Both the position numbers and the translations under genes were made by a program. Shown here one piece after another: positions 9,661 through 18,668 of a stretch of DNA of 64,000 bases. Position 1 is the first letter of the stretch. Each line of letters starts with the position of its first letter. The notes under the pieces were generated by a model. That model had not been told where the DNA came from and made no database searches. It saw only the letters and a list, made by a program, of their open reading frames with translations. The DNA lies in the NCBI GenBank assembly GCA_945860705.1, contig CAMART010000001.1, positions 119,486 to 183,485 of the forward strand, in the 5' to 3' direction. This DNA is from Chitinophaga pinensis (GTDB lineage: Bacteria; Bacteroidota; Bacteroidia; Chitinophagales; CAMDFR01).

Positions 9661-10893
9661 TTAGGTTATTTTTTCTTGATTTTCTTTATTCAAATTTGCC
9701 ATAAGTATCATGCTGATAAATCCTATGACTAATACTAGAACCGTCTGTATCACCCAACTCAACCATCCATATGCATAGCCTATAGATTCGTTCGTACCAT
9801 AGAGCAATAAAATTTTGCTTACTACTATAGGATAGATACCCAAGCCACCTTGTACAGCTACAATAGCTAAGGAGCCAAAAAACAAACAAGTAATTGCTGC
9901 ACCCATTCCATTCATACTGGTTTCAGGTACTGCCTTAAAACAAAAGAAAATAGTAAGCGCATAACACAACCAAATACTCACTGTATAAAATAAAAATAGT
10001 GGTTTGTTTTGTATGTTTTTTACTGAAATAATTCCATCTACTAATCCTCTGATAATAGACCTGATTTTTACTATTAGAGTTGAGGTTCCAGATGAAATAT
10101 ATTTGAATAAGAAATAAGCTAATGCTATAAAAATCACCATAGCTAATATGCCTATTAATATTTTGGGAGTAGTAAAATAATTTGTAGCTGTAGGATTAGA
10201 AAGATATTCCGATTTAAAATAATTTAATATGATTGAATATTGAGTTGTAATCATAATGACGCCTAATACAAGCAAACATATCATATCCATCAATCTCTCA
10301 GTAAGCATAGTGCCTATCGTTTTTTCTACTGGTATCTTTTCGTATCTAGTGATAAATGTACAACGAAGTAATTCGCCTAATCTAGGAAAAGCCATATTAG
10401 CCATATACATAATCATCACTGCAAAAAAAGTGTTGTAAGCTTTTGGATTATATCCGAGTGGCTGCAACATCATGCGCCATCTTAGTGAACGCAATACATG
10501 ACTCATCAAAGAAGCAAATAAAGATATCACTAACCAAAACCAAATAGCATTGCCAAATACTTTTTTCATTATTTGCATAATATCTATTATATACTTTCCA
10601 AGTACTATCTCGTTTTTTTCATTGGTTGAGCTTTGAGAGTTTATTTGATATGTTGCTTCTGTCTCTGCTAATAATGGAATACCATTATTATAAAATAGTA
10701 TTGTATCTCCTACTTTAAAATAAGTGTTATTATTAATATTTAATTTTTGAATAGTACTAAAGTCTTTATAGATTTTTTTATTTACTATAAAATCTTTGGG
10801 TTTAGATATTTGATTGTAGAAATATAAAATTAAAAATACTCCTAATCCTAATGAAACAATAAGTTTTAAAACGGATTTTAATTTATCATTCAT
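9661..10893 (-). CDS. Flippase-like / lysylphosphatidylglycerol-synthase transmembrane-domain (UPF0104) family membrane protein
   Basis: 410 aa polytopic membrane protein; 'LRSLRWRMMLQPLGY' is the typical family motif. Confidence 0.55.
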   Translation of the reverse strand: MNDKLKSVLKLIVSLGLGVFLILYFYNQISKPKDFIVNKKIYKDFSTIQKLNINNNTYFKVGDTILFYNNGIPLLAETEATYQINSQSSTNEKNEIVLGKYIIDIMQIMKKVFGNAIWFWLVISLFASLMSHVLRSLRWRMMLQPLGYNPKAYNTFFAVMIMYMANMAFPRLGELLRCTFITRYEKIPVEKTIGTMLTERLMDMICLLVLGVIMITTQYSIILNYFKSEYLSNPTATNYFTTPKILIGILAMVIFIALAYFLFKYISSGTSTLIVKIRSIIRGLVDGIISVKNIQNKPLFLFYTVSIWLCYALTIFFCFKAVPETSMNGMGAAITCLFFGSLAIVAVQGGLGIYPIVVSKILLLYGTNESIGYAYGWLSWVIQTVLVLVIGFISMILMANLNKENQEKIT

Positions 10894-10905
10894 AGGATAT
10901 AAATA

Positions 10906-11256
10906 TTAATGACTGATTCTGTTATTTGCATCAACATGTATGGTCGTAGGCACGTGTTTTTTTGCTTCAGTATGAGTAAGCGTACAGTATGATATGACTA
11001 TAATGATATCGCCTAGTGCTACTTTTCTAGCTGCAGGACCATTGAGACATACTACGCCACTACCTCGTTCTCCTTTTATTACATAGGTTTCGAGACGCTC
11101 ACCATTATTCACGTTTACTATTTGTACTTTTTCGTTTTCTATAAGGTTGGCTGCATCTATTAAATCTTCGTCTATGGTGATGCTTCCTACGTAGTTTAGA
11201 TTAGCTTCTGTTACTGTAGCTCTATGTATTTTTGATTTAAATACTTCTATTTGCAT
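10906..11256 (-). CDS. panD: Aspartate 1-decarboxylase
   Basis: 116 aa; '[26 protein letters not shown]' includes the self-processing G-S site. Confidence 0.92.
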   Translation of the reverse strand: MQIEVFKSKIHRATVTEANLNYVGSITIDEDLIDAANLIENEKVQIVNVNNGERLETYVIKGERGSGVVCLNGPAARKVALGDIIIVISYCTLTHTEAKKHVPTTIHVDANNRISH

Positions 11257-11299
11257 GATTATTAATTATTCTTATAAATAAATAGCCTGCAAACCTACT

Positions 11300-12853
11300 T
11301 TATTTTTTTATTATAATTTTTCTAAAAACAGTGCCTTCTTTAGTTTTTATATACAAATAATATTTCCCTTGGGGATAGTTACCCATTGATAACTGCATTT
11401 GATTTGCCCCTTTGAACTCTTCTAATGTAGATCCTTTCCCATCTATTAATATTATATTTAATATATCACTACCTTCAATATTGATAATTGATGAAGTAGG
11501 ATTTGGATAGATATTGATATCATCTATTTTTTCAGATGAAAGCAATTGTATCTCTGTAGTTCCTTCTCTTAGCGATTTTCTACTAAAATAAATATTTAAC
11601 ACCCCATTTCTAACATCACCCCAAACCGCATTGAGTGTGTCCTTAAGCATATCTATGCCCATAAAATCATTTCCACTTTGTGTTAGATACAATGCATTAT
11701 ATATAGCCATAGTATCCGAAATCTTAAAATTTGCTGATATACTACTACTATCTTTCCATTTGATAGCTCCCCATATTTCAGAATCTGTACTATAACCTGT
11801 ACCGCTAGCGTTTCTTCTGTCTCTCCATGCCAGAGCCAAATCGCCATCTTCATCAAAATCTGCCCATACTAAATCTTGCATTTTACCATTTGATAGTGCA
11901 TCATCATTTACTCGTTTAGGTGTAGACCAATTAGTGCCACCATTTATTGACTCCAGTATCATTACGTCTAAATCTCCATTCATTTTACTTAAGTAAACAA
12001 ATACAATATGATTAGAATTGCTTGGGTCTGCAATTAATTTATATCCAAGTTTTGCCAATGTATCTGACCCAGACGTATTTGAATAATAAACTCCTTGATA
12101 AGTAAAACTAGCACCGTCATTTGTAGATCTTGCTAAAATAAAACCTGGTAAAATATTTTGTGATGCTACATAAGAAGGATAAATAACAAGTATCTCACCT
12201 GTACTCGAAACCGTATTTGTAGCCATAGGTTGTGCTATTAGATTTCCTATCAAATATCCTGTAGTATCTATATATCTAACTGCTTGCCAACTAGTGCCAG
12301 CATCTGTAGATGCTACAAAATAAGCTCTGTTTGGAGCAGACACCCACGGCGCTGGTTTACTTGTTATATAAATGTGATTATTTATTGGATTAATACTCAT
12401 CCATGGTCTATCTATTGGTTTTTTGCTTCCATCTACATACATATCTATAGCTTTTGTTGCGCCACTCCAGTTCAGTCCGCCATCTATAGATTTTATCACA
12501 TATACCCCACCACTATCAGGGCTTTCTCTATAGTCTATATAGCATGCGTAAATATTTCCTAAATTATCAAATGCTAAAGAAGGATCTGCTGATTTATGTG
12601 TGCTTGCAAAATGAGGTAAAACTTTTACTGTGCTCCATGTAGCTCCACCATTGAAAGATACTTTGGTTTTGATACTCAAGCCAGGCCCACCTGTGAAGCC
12701 CATCCAAGCAACCACTATATGATTGGAGTTATTTGGATTTGATATTATGTATGGCTCACCTTCAAAAACAAGTCCATTGGATATATTTATATTTTGAGAA
12801 TATAATATGTATTGAAACATGAAAGTGAGTAATATAAGTTTGGTTCTTAGCAT
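11300..12853 (-). CDS. BNR/Asp-box repeat (sialidase-fold) protein with T9SS C-terminal sorting domain
   Basis: 517 aa with signal peptide. Repeated SxDxGxTW-like boxes ('SFNGGATWS','SIDGGLNWS','STDAGTSWQ','SINGGTNWS'). C-terminal 'IYPNPTSSIINIE...' is a T9SS CTD. Confidence 0.7.
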   Translation of the reverse strand: MLRTKLILLTFMFQYILYSQNINISNGLVFEGEPYIISNPNNSNHIVVAWMGFTGGPGLSIKTKVSFNGGATWSTVKVLPHFASTHKSADPSLAFDNLGNIYACYIDYRESPDSGGVYVIKSIDGGLNWSGATKAIDMYVDGSKKPIDRPWMSINPINNHIYITSKPAPWVSAPNRAYFVASTDAGTSWQAVRYIDTTGYLIGNLIAQPMATNTVSSTGEILVIYPSYVASQNILPGFILARSTNDGASFTYQGVYYSNTSGSDTLAKLGYKLIADPSNSNHIVFVYLSKMNGDLDVMILESINGGTNWSTPKRVNDDALSNGKMQDLVWADFDEDGDLALAWRDRRNASGTGYSTDSEIWGAIKWKDSSSISANFKISDTMAIYNALYLTQSGNDFMGIDMLKDTLNAVWGDVRNGVLNIYFSRKSLREGTTEIQLLSSEKIDDINIYPNPTSSIINIEGSDILNIILIDGKGSTLEEFKGANQMQLSMGNYPQGKYYLYIKTKEGTVFRKIIIKK

Positions 12854-12968
12854 AATAATAAAATTAGTGATAAATACGTTTGACTAATTTAGTTATAAAA
12901 AGTTTAATTTACATAGATAATCTTATTTTCTAAAAAGATTATTCTTATTTTTATATCCTAATTATACT

Positions 12969-15203
12969 ATGTTTCAAATAAAGAATACTGATTTTTGGAG
13001 TGTGTTTAAATTGTTTCAAAGAATCAATTTAGGCATTTTATTGTTTTTATTTATACTCTTCATATTGGTGAAAGTAGGTGCTTTTGGATATATGCCTGAT
13101 CTAGAAGAAATAAAAAATCCAACTAAAAATCTTGCCACTAATGTATACACTTCTGACTATGAACTTTTAGGTTCGTATTTTATACAAAACAGAACAGAGG
13201 TAAAATATGATGATCTTTCTCCTTGGTTAATAAAAGCCTTAGTAGCAACTGAAGATAAACGATTTTATGAGCATTGTGGTATCGATTTTAAAGGGATGTT
13301 TAGAGCGATTTTATTTTTAGGTACTCAAGGTGGTGGTAGCACGCTTACTCAACAAACTGCTAAAAATTTATTTTACGAAAATGAAGGACAAAATAAATTT
13401 CAACGCTTAATTCAAAAACTAAAAGAACAAGTTATAGCTATTCAACTTGAGAGAAATTTTAGTAAGGAAGAAATCATAGCGCTATACTTTAATACGGTTT
13501 CTTTTAACAATAATGCTTTTGGAATAAAGACTGCTGCAAAAACTTATTTTAACAAAAGTCAAAAAAAATTAACTGTAGAAGAAGCTTCTATGCTTGTGGG
13601 TATGCTCAAAGGCCCGTCGTTATACAATCCAAAAAGAAATCCAAAAACGACATTGAATAGAAGAAACACTGTAATAGAATTGATGCAAGAGCAAGAAATA
13701 TTGACTCTTGCTCAATCGGACTCCATAAAAAAAATAGCAATAAAGCTTGACTATAGAGGCAATAAAAGAGATGATGGATTGGGTACATTTTTTAGAGATC
13801 AATTATTTATCGATTTAAAAAAATGGACAGAAACACATAAAAAACCTGATGGCTCTAAGTATAGCATAAATACGGATGGTCTTCAAGTGTATACTACTAT
13901 CAACTATAAAATGCAACAATATGCCGAAGATGCAACAACCAGTCATTTGAAAAAAATGCAAACTCAGTTTTTTAGAGAATGGCGTGGTAAAGAACCTTGG
14001 AAAGCTACTGGCGACAGATCTAATCCAAAGTTGATAGATAAAATGATTAAAAAAACGGATGCATATAAAGAGTTACAAGCAAAAGGTTTAGACGAAAAAG
14101 AAATTCAAGAAGAACTCTCTAAAAAAAGAGCTATGACTATTTTTACTTGGGCTGGTGATAGAGATACGCAGTTTAGCATATATGATTCATTGAAATATTA
14201 TGCACAACAACTACAAACTGGATTTGTAGTGTTAGACCCAAGAGATGGAGCTATCAAAGCATGGGTAGGTGGTGCTGATTTTACCTACTCTCAAAACGAT
14301 CATGTACGTATAGGTACCAAAAGACAAGTAGGTAGTACCATGAAACCTTTTTTATATGCAGCAGCTATGGATAAGGGATTGACTCCTGAAAGCACCGTGC
14401 CTTATTCTTGTCCTCAAATACCTGGTGATGCTGAGTGGTGTCCAAAAGGTACTGGAAAATGGGCAGAAGGAGAAATGGTATCACTTCGTGAAGGATTGAA
14501 AGCATCTGATAACTTAATAGCAGCTCAAGTAATGAAAGAAGTTGGAGCAGCGGCTGTTGTGGCATTAGCAAAAAGATGTAATATTACTTCGCACCTAGAT
14601 GAAGTACCCGCATTAGCACTAGGTGTAAGCGATATCTCTGTGATAGAAATGGCCGGAGCATATACTGCATTTGCAAATAGAGGTATCTATTCAAAACCCT
14701 ACTATATAACCCGTATCACTGATAAAGATGGACATGTATTGGATGAGTTTTTCCCACAGCGCTCCAATGTACTGAGTGAAAAAACTGTATATCAAGTAGT
14801 GAGTATGATGCGTGGTGTAGTGACGGGTGGTACTGCCACATCACTAGGCAAAACTTATGGACTTAAAATGACTATTGCAGGTAAAACTGGTACCACACAA
14901 AGCAATACAGATGCGTGGTTTGTAGGATTCACTCCAGAGCTTCTCGGTATAGTGTGGGTAGGTTGTGATGAACCAAGTTCTAGATTTGCTACTACTGCTA
15001 GTGGACAAGGTGCTGTTGCAGCTATGCCTATTTGGGGTAAATTTTTCAGTAAAGCATATAGCGATAGAACTCTTAAACTCGATAGAAAAGCGAGCTTTAA
15101 AACACCTGAAGGATACACTTCTGATAGTACGGGAGTTCTGCGCTCTATATTTGCAGATACTGCCACAGTTTCCGAAAGTGCTGAAGACATAGTAGGTTTT
15201 TAG
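12969..15203 (+). CDS. mrcA: Penicillin-binding protein 1A (bifunctional transglycosylase/transpeptidase)
   Basis: 744 aa; GT51 motifs 'EDKRFYEHCGID','GGSTLTQQ'; transpeptidase 'STMKP', 'SDN', 'KTGTT'. Confidence 0.9.
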   Translation: MFQIKNTDFWSVFKLFQRINLGILLFLFILFILVKVGAFGYMPDLEEIKNPTKNLATNVYTSDYELLGSYFIQNRTEVKYDDLSPWLIKALVATEDKRFYEHCGIDFKGMFRAILFLGTQGGGSTLTQQTAKNLFYENEGQNKFQRLIQKLKEQVIAIQLERNFSKEEIIALYFNTVSFNNNAFGIKTAAKTYFNKSQKKLTVEEASMLVGMLKGPSLYNPKRNPKTTLNRRNTVIELMQEQEILTLAQSDSIKKIAIKLDYRGNKRDDGLGTFFRDQLFIDLKKWTETHKKPDGSKYSINTDGLQVYTTINYKMQQYAEDATTSHLKKMQTQFFREWRGKEPWKATGDRSNPKLIDKMIKKTDAYKELQAKGLDEKEIQEELSKKRAMTIFTWAGDRDTQFSIYDSLKYYAQQLQTGFVVLDPRDGAIKAWVGGADFTYSQNDHVRIGTKRQVGSTMKPFLYAAAMDKGLTPESTVPYSCPQIPGDAEWCPKGTGKWAEGEMVSLREGLKASDNLIAAQVMKEVGAAAVVALAKRCNITSHLDEVPALALGVSDISVIEMAGAYTAFANRGIYSKPYYITRITDKDGHVLDEFFPQRSNVLSEKTVYQVVSMMRGVVTGGTATSLGKTYGLKMTIAGKTGTTQSNTDAWFVGFTPELLGIVWVGCDEPSSRFATTASGQGAVAAMPIWGKFFSKAYSDRTLKLDRKASFKTPEGYTSDSTGVLRSIFADTATVSESAEDIVGF

Positions 15204-15225
15204 TTGGCTCTTTTTAAAAAATAAT

Positions 15226-16461
15226 ATGATACAATACGAACGATTTTTTTTAGAGAATGGATTAGAAGTAATCATTCATACAGATAAAAGTACTCCACTC
15301 ATCACCGTAAATACCCTTTATAAAATTGGCTCTAGAGATGAAAGTCCTGATAAAACTGGTTTTGCGCATTTGTTTGAACACTTGATGTTTGAAGGTTCTG
15401 AGAATGTAGACGATTTTGATGAAGAACTCGAAAAAGCTGGTGGTGAAAACAATGCCTTTACAAGCAATGATATTACCAACTATTATATCACACTTCCTGC
15501 TCCTAATATTGAGACTGCTCTTTGGATAGAGAGTGACCGTATGAAATCTTTGTCTATCAATCAAGAAGCACTAGATATTCAAAAAAATGTAGTGATAGAA
15601 GAATTTAAAGAACACTATATCAATCAACCATATGGAGATACTTGGCATTTGCTTTCTGCACTTGCCTATAAAACTCACCCATATAGGTGGCCGACTATAG
15701 GTATAGACTTATCGCATGTAGCAGATGCAAAATTAGATACTGTTCAAGATTTTTTTGATACGTATTATGTTCCAAATAATGCAATACTCGTATTAGCTGG
15801 TAATATAGAAAAAGAGGATGCAAAAAAATTAGTTGAAAAATGGTATGGAGATATACCTAAAGGAAAAGATATCCATCGTAATATACCGATAGAAGAAAAA
15901 CAAGTAGCAGCACGTAAACTGATTCATACTGCAGATGTGCCTGTCAACTATATATACAAAGCTTATAAAATGTGTAATAGAATGGATAAAAACTATCAGG
16001 CAATTGACTTAATCAGCGATATACTTGGTAGTGGAGATTCTTCTAGGCTTACGCAAAAACTGGTAAAAGAAAAAAATATATTTAGTACTATCAATGCTTA
16101 CGTCACTGGCACGCTTGATGAAGGTTTGTTTGTGATAGATGCAAAAGTAGCTGATGGTATTTCTGTAGAAAGTGCAGATGAGGCTATTGTAAATTTATTA
16201 GATGAATTTTGTGCTACTCCTATAAGCGAATATGAACTACAAAAAGTAAAAAACCAAATAGAATCTTACAACGAACTCAATGATATAGATATACTCAATA
16301 GAGCAACTAATCTAGCATATTATTCTTATATGGGTGATGTCGATTTTATCAATACAGAAATCAATCAATATCTTTCGCTTACTCCTGAAACTATTCAAGC
16401 ACAAGCAAAAGAGCTTTTTAATAAAGAATATTGCAATACGCTTTGGTATTTGAAAGGGTAG
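15226..16461 (+). CDS. M16 (pitrilysin/insulinase) family peptidase
   Basis: 411 aa; inverted zinc motif 'HLFEHLMFEGS' (HxxEH). Confidence 0.85.
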   Translation: MIQYERFFLENGLEVIIHTDKSTPLITVNTLYKIGSRDESPDKTGFAHLFEHLMFEGSENVDDFDEELEKAGGENNAFTSNDITNYYITLPAPNIETALWIESDRMKSLSINQEALDIQKNVVIEEFKEHYINQPYGDTWHLLSALAYKTHPYRWPTIGIDLSHVADAKLDTVQDFFDTYYVPNNAILVLAGNIEKEDAKKLVEKWYGDIPKGKDIHRNIPIEEKQVAARKLIHTADVPVNYIYKAYKMCNRMDKNYQAIDLISDILGSGDSSRLTQKLVKEKNIFSTINAYVTGTLDEGLFVIDAKVADGISVESADEAIVNLLDEFCATPISEYELQKVKNQIESYNELNDIDILNRATNLAYYSYMGDVDFINTEINQYLSLTPETIQAQAKELFNKEYCNTLWYLKG

Positions 16462-16495
16462 TTTTTTTTGTGATATAGAAAATGACATCATAGTA

Positions 16496-16561
16496 TTAGT
16501 AAAAGTAATCTTGAAGATTTGTAAGAATAATTTTATATATTTGTAAAGTAAATGCGAAACA
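16496..16561 (+). repeat. Three direct repeats phased exactly 22 bp apart (TTAGTAAAAGTAAT / TTTGTAAGAATAAT / TTTGTAAAGTAAAT)
   Basis: Copies start at 16496, 16518 and 16540, read directly from the sequence, in the non-coding DNA just downstream of the M16 peptidase gene. Confidence 0.7.
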
Positions 16562-16604
16562 AGATATTACTAAAACCTTCGCCAATCTACCCAAAAATGG
16601 TATG

Positions 16605-16629
16605 ATAGGCGAAACTCTGTTTCGCCTAT
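16605..16629. repeat. Perfect 11-bp-stem palindrome ATAGGCGAAAC-TCT-GTTTCGCCTAT
   Basis: Read directly; lies at the transition from AT-rich to G/C-richer DNA on the left side of the R-M cassette; no T-run, so not a classical terminator. Confidence 0.85.
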
Positions 16630-16715
16630 ATATAAGTTACAAGCAAGTGTAGGACGACCGACAACTCGACAATTAACCGACAGAAAAAAAAGAAAATGCC
16701 AACGCTTCGCAAATT

Positions 16716-16779
16716 AAAAGAGCTGCAAGCCGATACACGAGCCAACGCTTTTGCAGCACATTTAATTTTGCCCAACCGC
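16716..16779 (+). repeat. Left flanking repeat modules B (16716-16740) and A (16741-16779) of the R-M cassette
   Basis: AAAAGAGCTGCAAGCCGATACACGA followed by GCCAACGCTTTTGCAGCACATTTAATTTTGCCCAACCGC; both have imperfect direct copies at 21254-21340. Confidence 0.8.
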
Positions 16780-16900
16780 ACCCAAAGCCCACCCACCACC
16801 CGACAAGTGGACGGTTGACAATTTGGAGGCAACTTTTGGCAGAAACGGAGTTAAAAAACTTAACTTTACGAACTCATAAATTAACAACAGAAAATAAGAA

Positions 16901-18664
16901 ATGAAGTTATACGAAACACTTGAAAAGCAACTTAAAAGAGAACCTAACTACGTTACCGACAGCGGAGAACTTAAAAAATGGGTTGTAATAAATAAAGCAC
17001 AGAATTATGATGCTGAACTTATTGGATTGTTGCTTGATGACAAGGAACTAAAAGCAAAATTCTTTCTTGACATTAAAGGCGTTTTAGTTTTCAACCAGTC
17101 ATTTTTTATTCAATTCTTAGAGCAAAAGAATTATTTGAATGACAGCTACACCGCCTACAAAAATAAAGTTGGTTTAACCATTGACGGTAAATTTTTAAAA
17201 CAACGTAACGAAGTTGCTCTGGTTTGGCCATTTAAGGATTGTGTTTTAGAGGGCGGTCAAAGCCGTGAAGAAGATAAACGGGAAGAAATATTTTTTAATG
17301 AAACACTTGCGCAAGACGAAATTACTCAACTTTTAGAGCCAAAGGTTTTAACTAATGCCAAACGCTACACATCCAAAGGCGAAAAACCACTTGAGAAATT
17401 TAACAGGAACAAAAACGGTATTATTACAGACAACCTAATTATAAAAGGGAACAACCTTCTAGGACTACATTCATTAAAAGAAGAATTTTATGGTCAAGTA
17501 AAGTTAATTTATATTGACCCGCCTTACAATACAGGAAATGATGGGTTTAATTATAATGATAGATTTAATCAGAGCACCTGGTTAACTTTTATGAAAAACA
17601 GATTAGAAGTTGCAAGACAATTATTGAGTGAGGATGGCGCAATATATGTTAACCTAGATTTCAATCAAGTACATTTTGCAAAAGTATTAATGGATGAAAT
17701 ATTTGGAAACGAGAATTTTCAACGAGAAATAATATGGCGTATTGGTTGGTTGTCTGGTTATAAAACTATAGATAAGAACTTTATTAGGAATCACGATAGC
17801 ATATTGTTTTATTCTAAAAACAATAAAAACCTAAATTTTATTAAGAAATATATTAATAATGAATCATTTAAACCTTTAGTAAAATACGAGAAAATAAAAG
17901 ATAAATTAACAGAATTAGGGTTGAACAGGCAACAACAAATAGATTTATTAAATTTTATAAATCACACAAATAGACCTGAAAAGTATCCAATTGAAGATGT
18001 TTGGAATGGAAATGAATATGACGATTTGAATAGTATTGCTATAGTTTCATTTTCAGGTGAGACTGTTTCTAAAATGCTAGGCACACCTGAATTAAAAGGA
18101 CAAAAATCTGAAAAATTAATACAAAGAATAATTGAAGCACATACAAACGAGAATGACATTGTCCTCGATTATCATTTAGGTACGGGGACTACTGCAGCGG
18201 TAGCAAATAAAATGAAAAGACAATTTATTGGAGTAGAACAAATGGATTATATAGAAACAATAGCTGTAGAGCGATTAAAAAAGGTGATTGAGGGCGAACA
18301 AAGTGGTATATCAAAAGCGGTAAACTGGACAGGTGGAGGAGAGTTTGTTTATTTTGAACTTAAAAAATCTAACCAGAACTTTATTGAACAAGTTGAATCT
18401 GCTAAAGATACAAAAACAGTATTGAAAATTTGGGAAGAGATGAAAACAAAATCTTTCCTCAATTACAATGTTGATTTACAAAAGCAAGAAGCACATATTG
18501 AAGAATTTAAGGCGTTGACTTTAGAAGAACAAAAACAACATTTGGTTGAGTTGTTAGATAAAAATCAATTGTATGTAAATCTATCATCGTTAAATGATAA
18601 AGACTTTATTGTTTCATCTGATGAGAAGAAAGTAACTGAGGATTTTTACCAAATAAAAAAGTAA
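16901..18664 (+). CDS. mod: Type III restriction-modification system methyltransferase (Mod; beta-class N6-adenine/N4-cytosine MTase)
   Basis: 587 aa. Motif IV 'IYIDPPYNTGNDGFNYNDRF' precedes motif I 'VLDYHLGTGTTAAVA', the beta-class order. It lies immediately upstream of a Res-type helicase-nuclease. Confidence 0.9.
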   Translation: MKLYETLEKQLKREPNYVTDSGELKKWVVINKAQNYDAELIGLLLDDKELKAKFFLDIKGVLVFNQSFFIQFLEQKNYLNDSYTAYKNKVGLTIDGKFLKQRNEVALVWPFKDCVLEGGQSREEDKREEIFFNETLAQDEITQLLEPKVLTNAKRYTSKGEKPLEKFNRNKNGIITDNLIIKGNNLLGLHSLKEEFYGQVKLIYIDPPYNTGNDGFNYNDRFNQSTWLTFMKNRLEVARQLLSEDGAIYVNLDFNQVHFAKVLMDEIFGNENFQREIIWRIGWLSGYKTIDKNFIRNHDSILFYSKNNKNLNFIKKYINNESFKPLVKYEKIKDKLTELGLNRQQQIDLLNFINHTNRPEKYPIEDVWNGNEYDDLNSIAIVSFSGETVSKMLGTPELKGQKSEKLIQRIIEAHTNENDIVLDYHLGTGTTAAVANKMKRQFIGVEQMDYIETIAVERLKKVIEGEQSGISKAVNWTGGGEFVYFELKKSNQNFIEQVESAKDTKTVLKIWEEMKTKSFLNYNVDLQKQEAHIEEFKALTLEEQKQHLVELLDKNQLYVNLSSLNDKDFIVSSDEKKVTEDFYQIKK

Positions 18665-18668
18665 TTCA

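Noticed and set aside
16626-16832. A 68-aa minus-strand ORF and a 40-aa plus-strand ORF (16696-16818, MPTLRKLKELQADTRANAFAAHL...) upstream of mod
   Set aside because: Both coincide with the flanking repeat modules. The plus-strand peptide looks helix-like, but the right-hand repeat copy is not maintained in a comparable frame. There is no independent support, so neither is called as a gene.
16901-18664. Phase-variable simple-sequence repeat in the Type III mod gene (phasevarion)
   Set aside because: Reading through the gene and its 5' region, I saw no long homopolymer or tetra/pentanucleotide tract. The only notable run is A8 at about 16684-16691, well upstream of the start codon.
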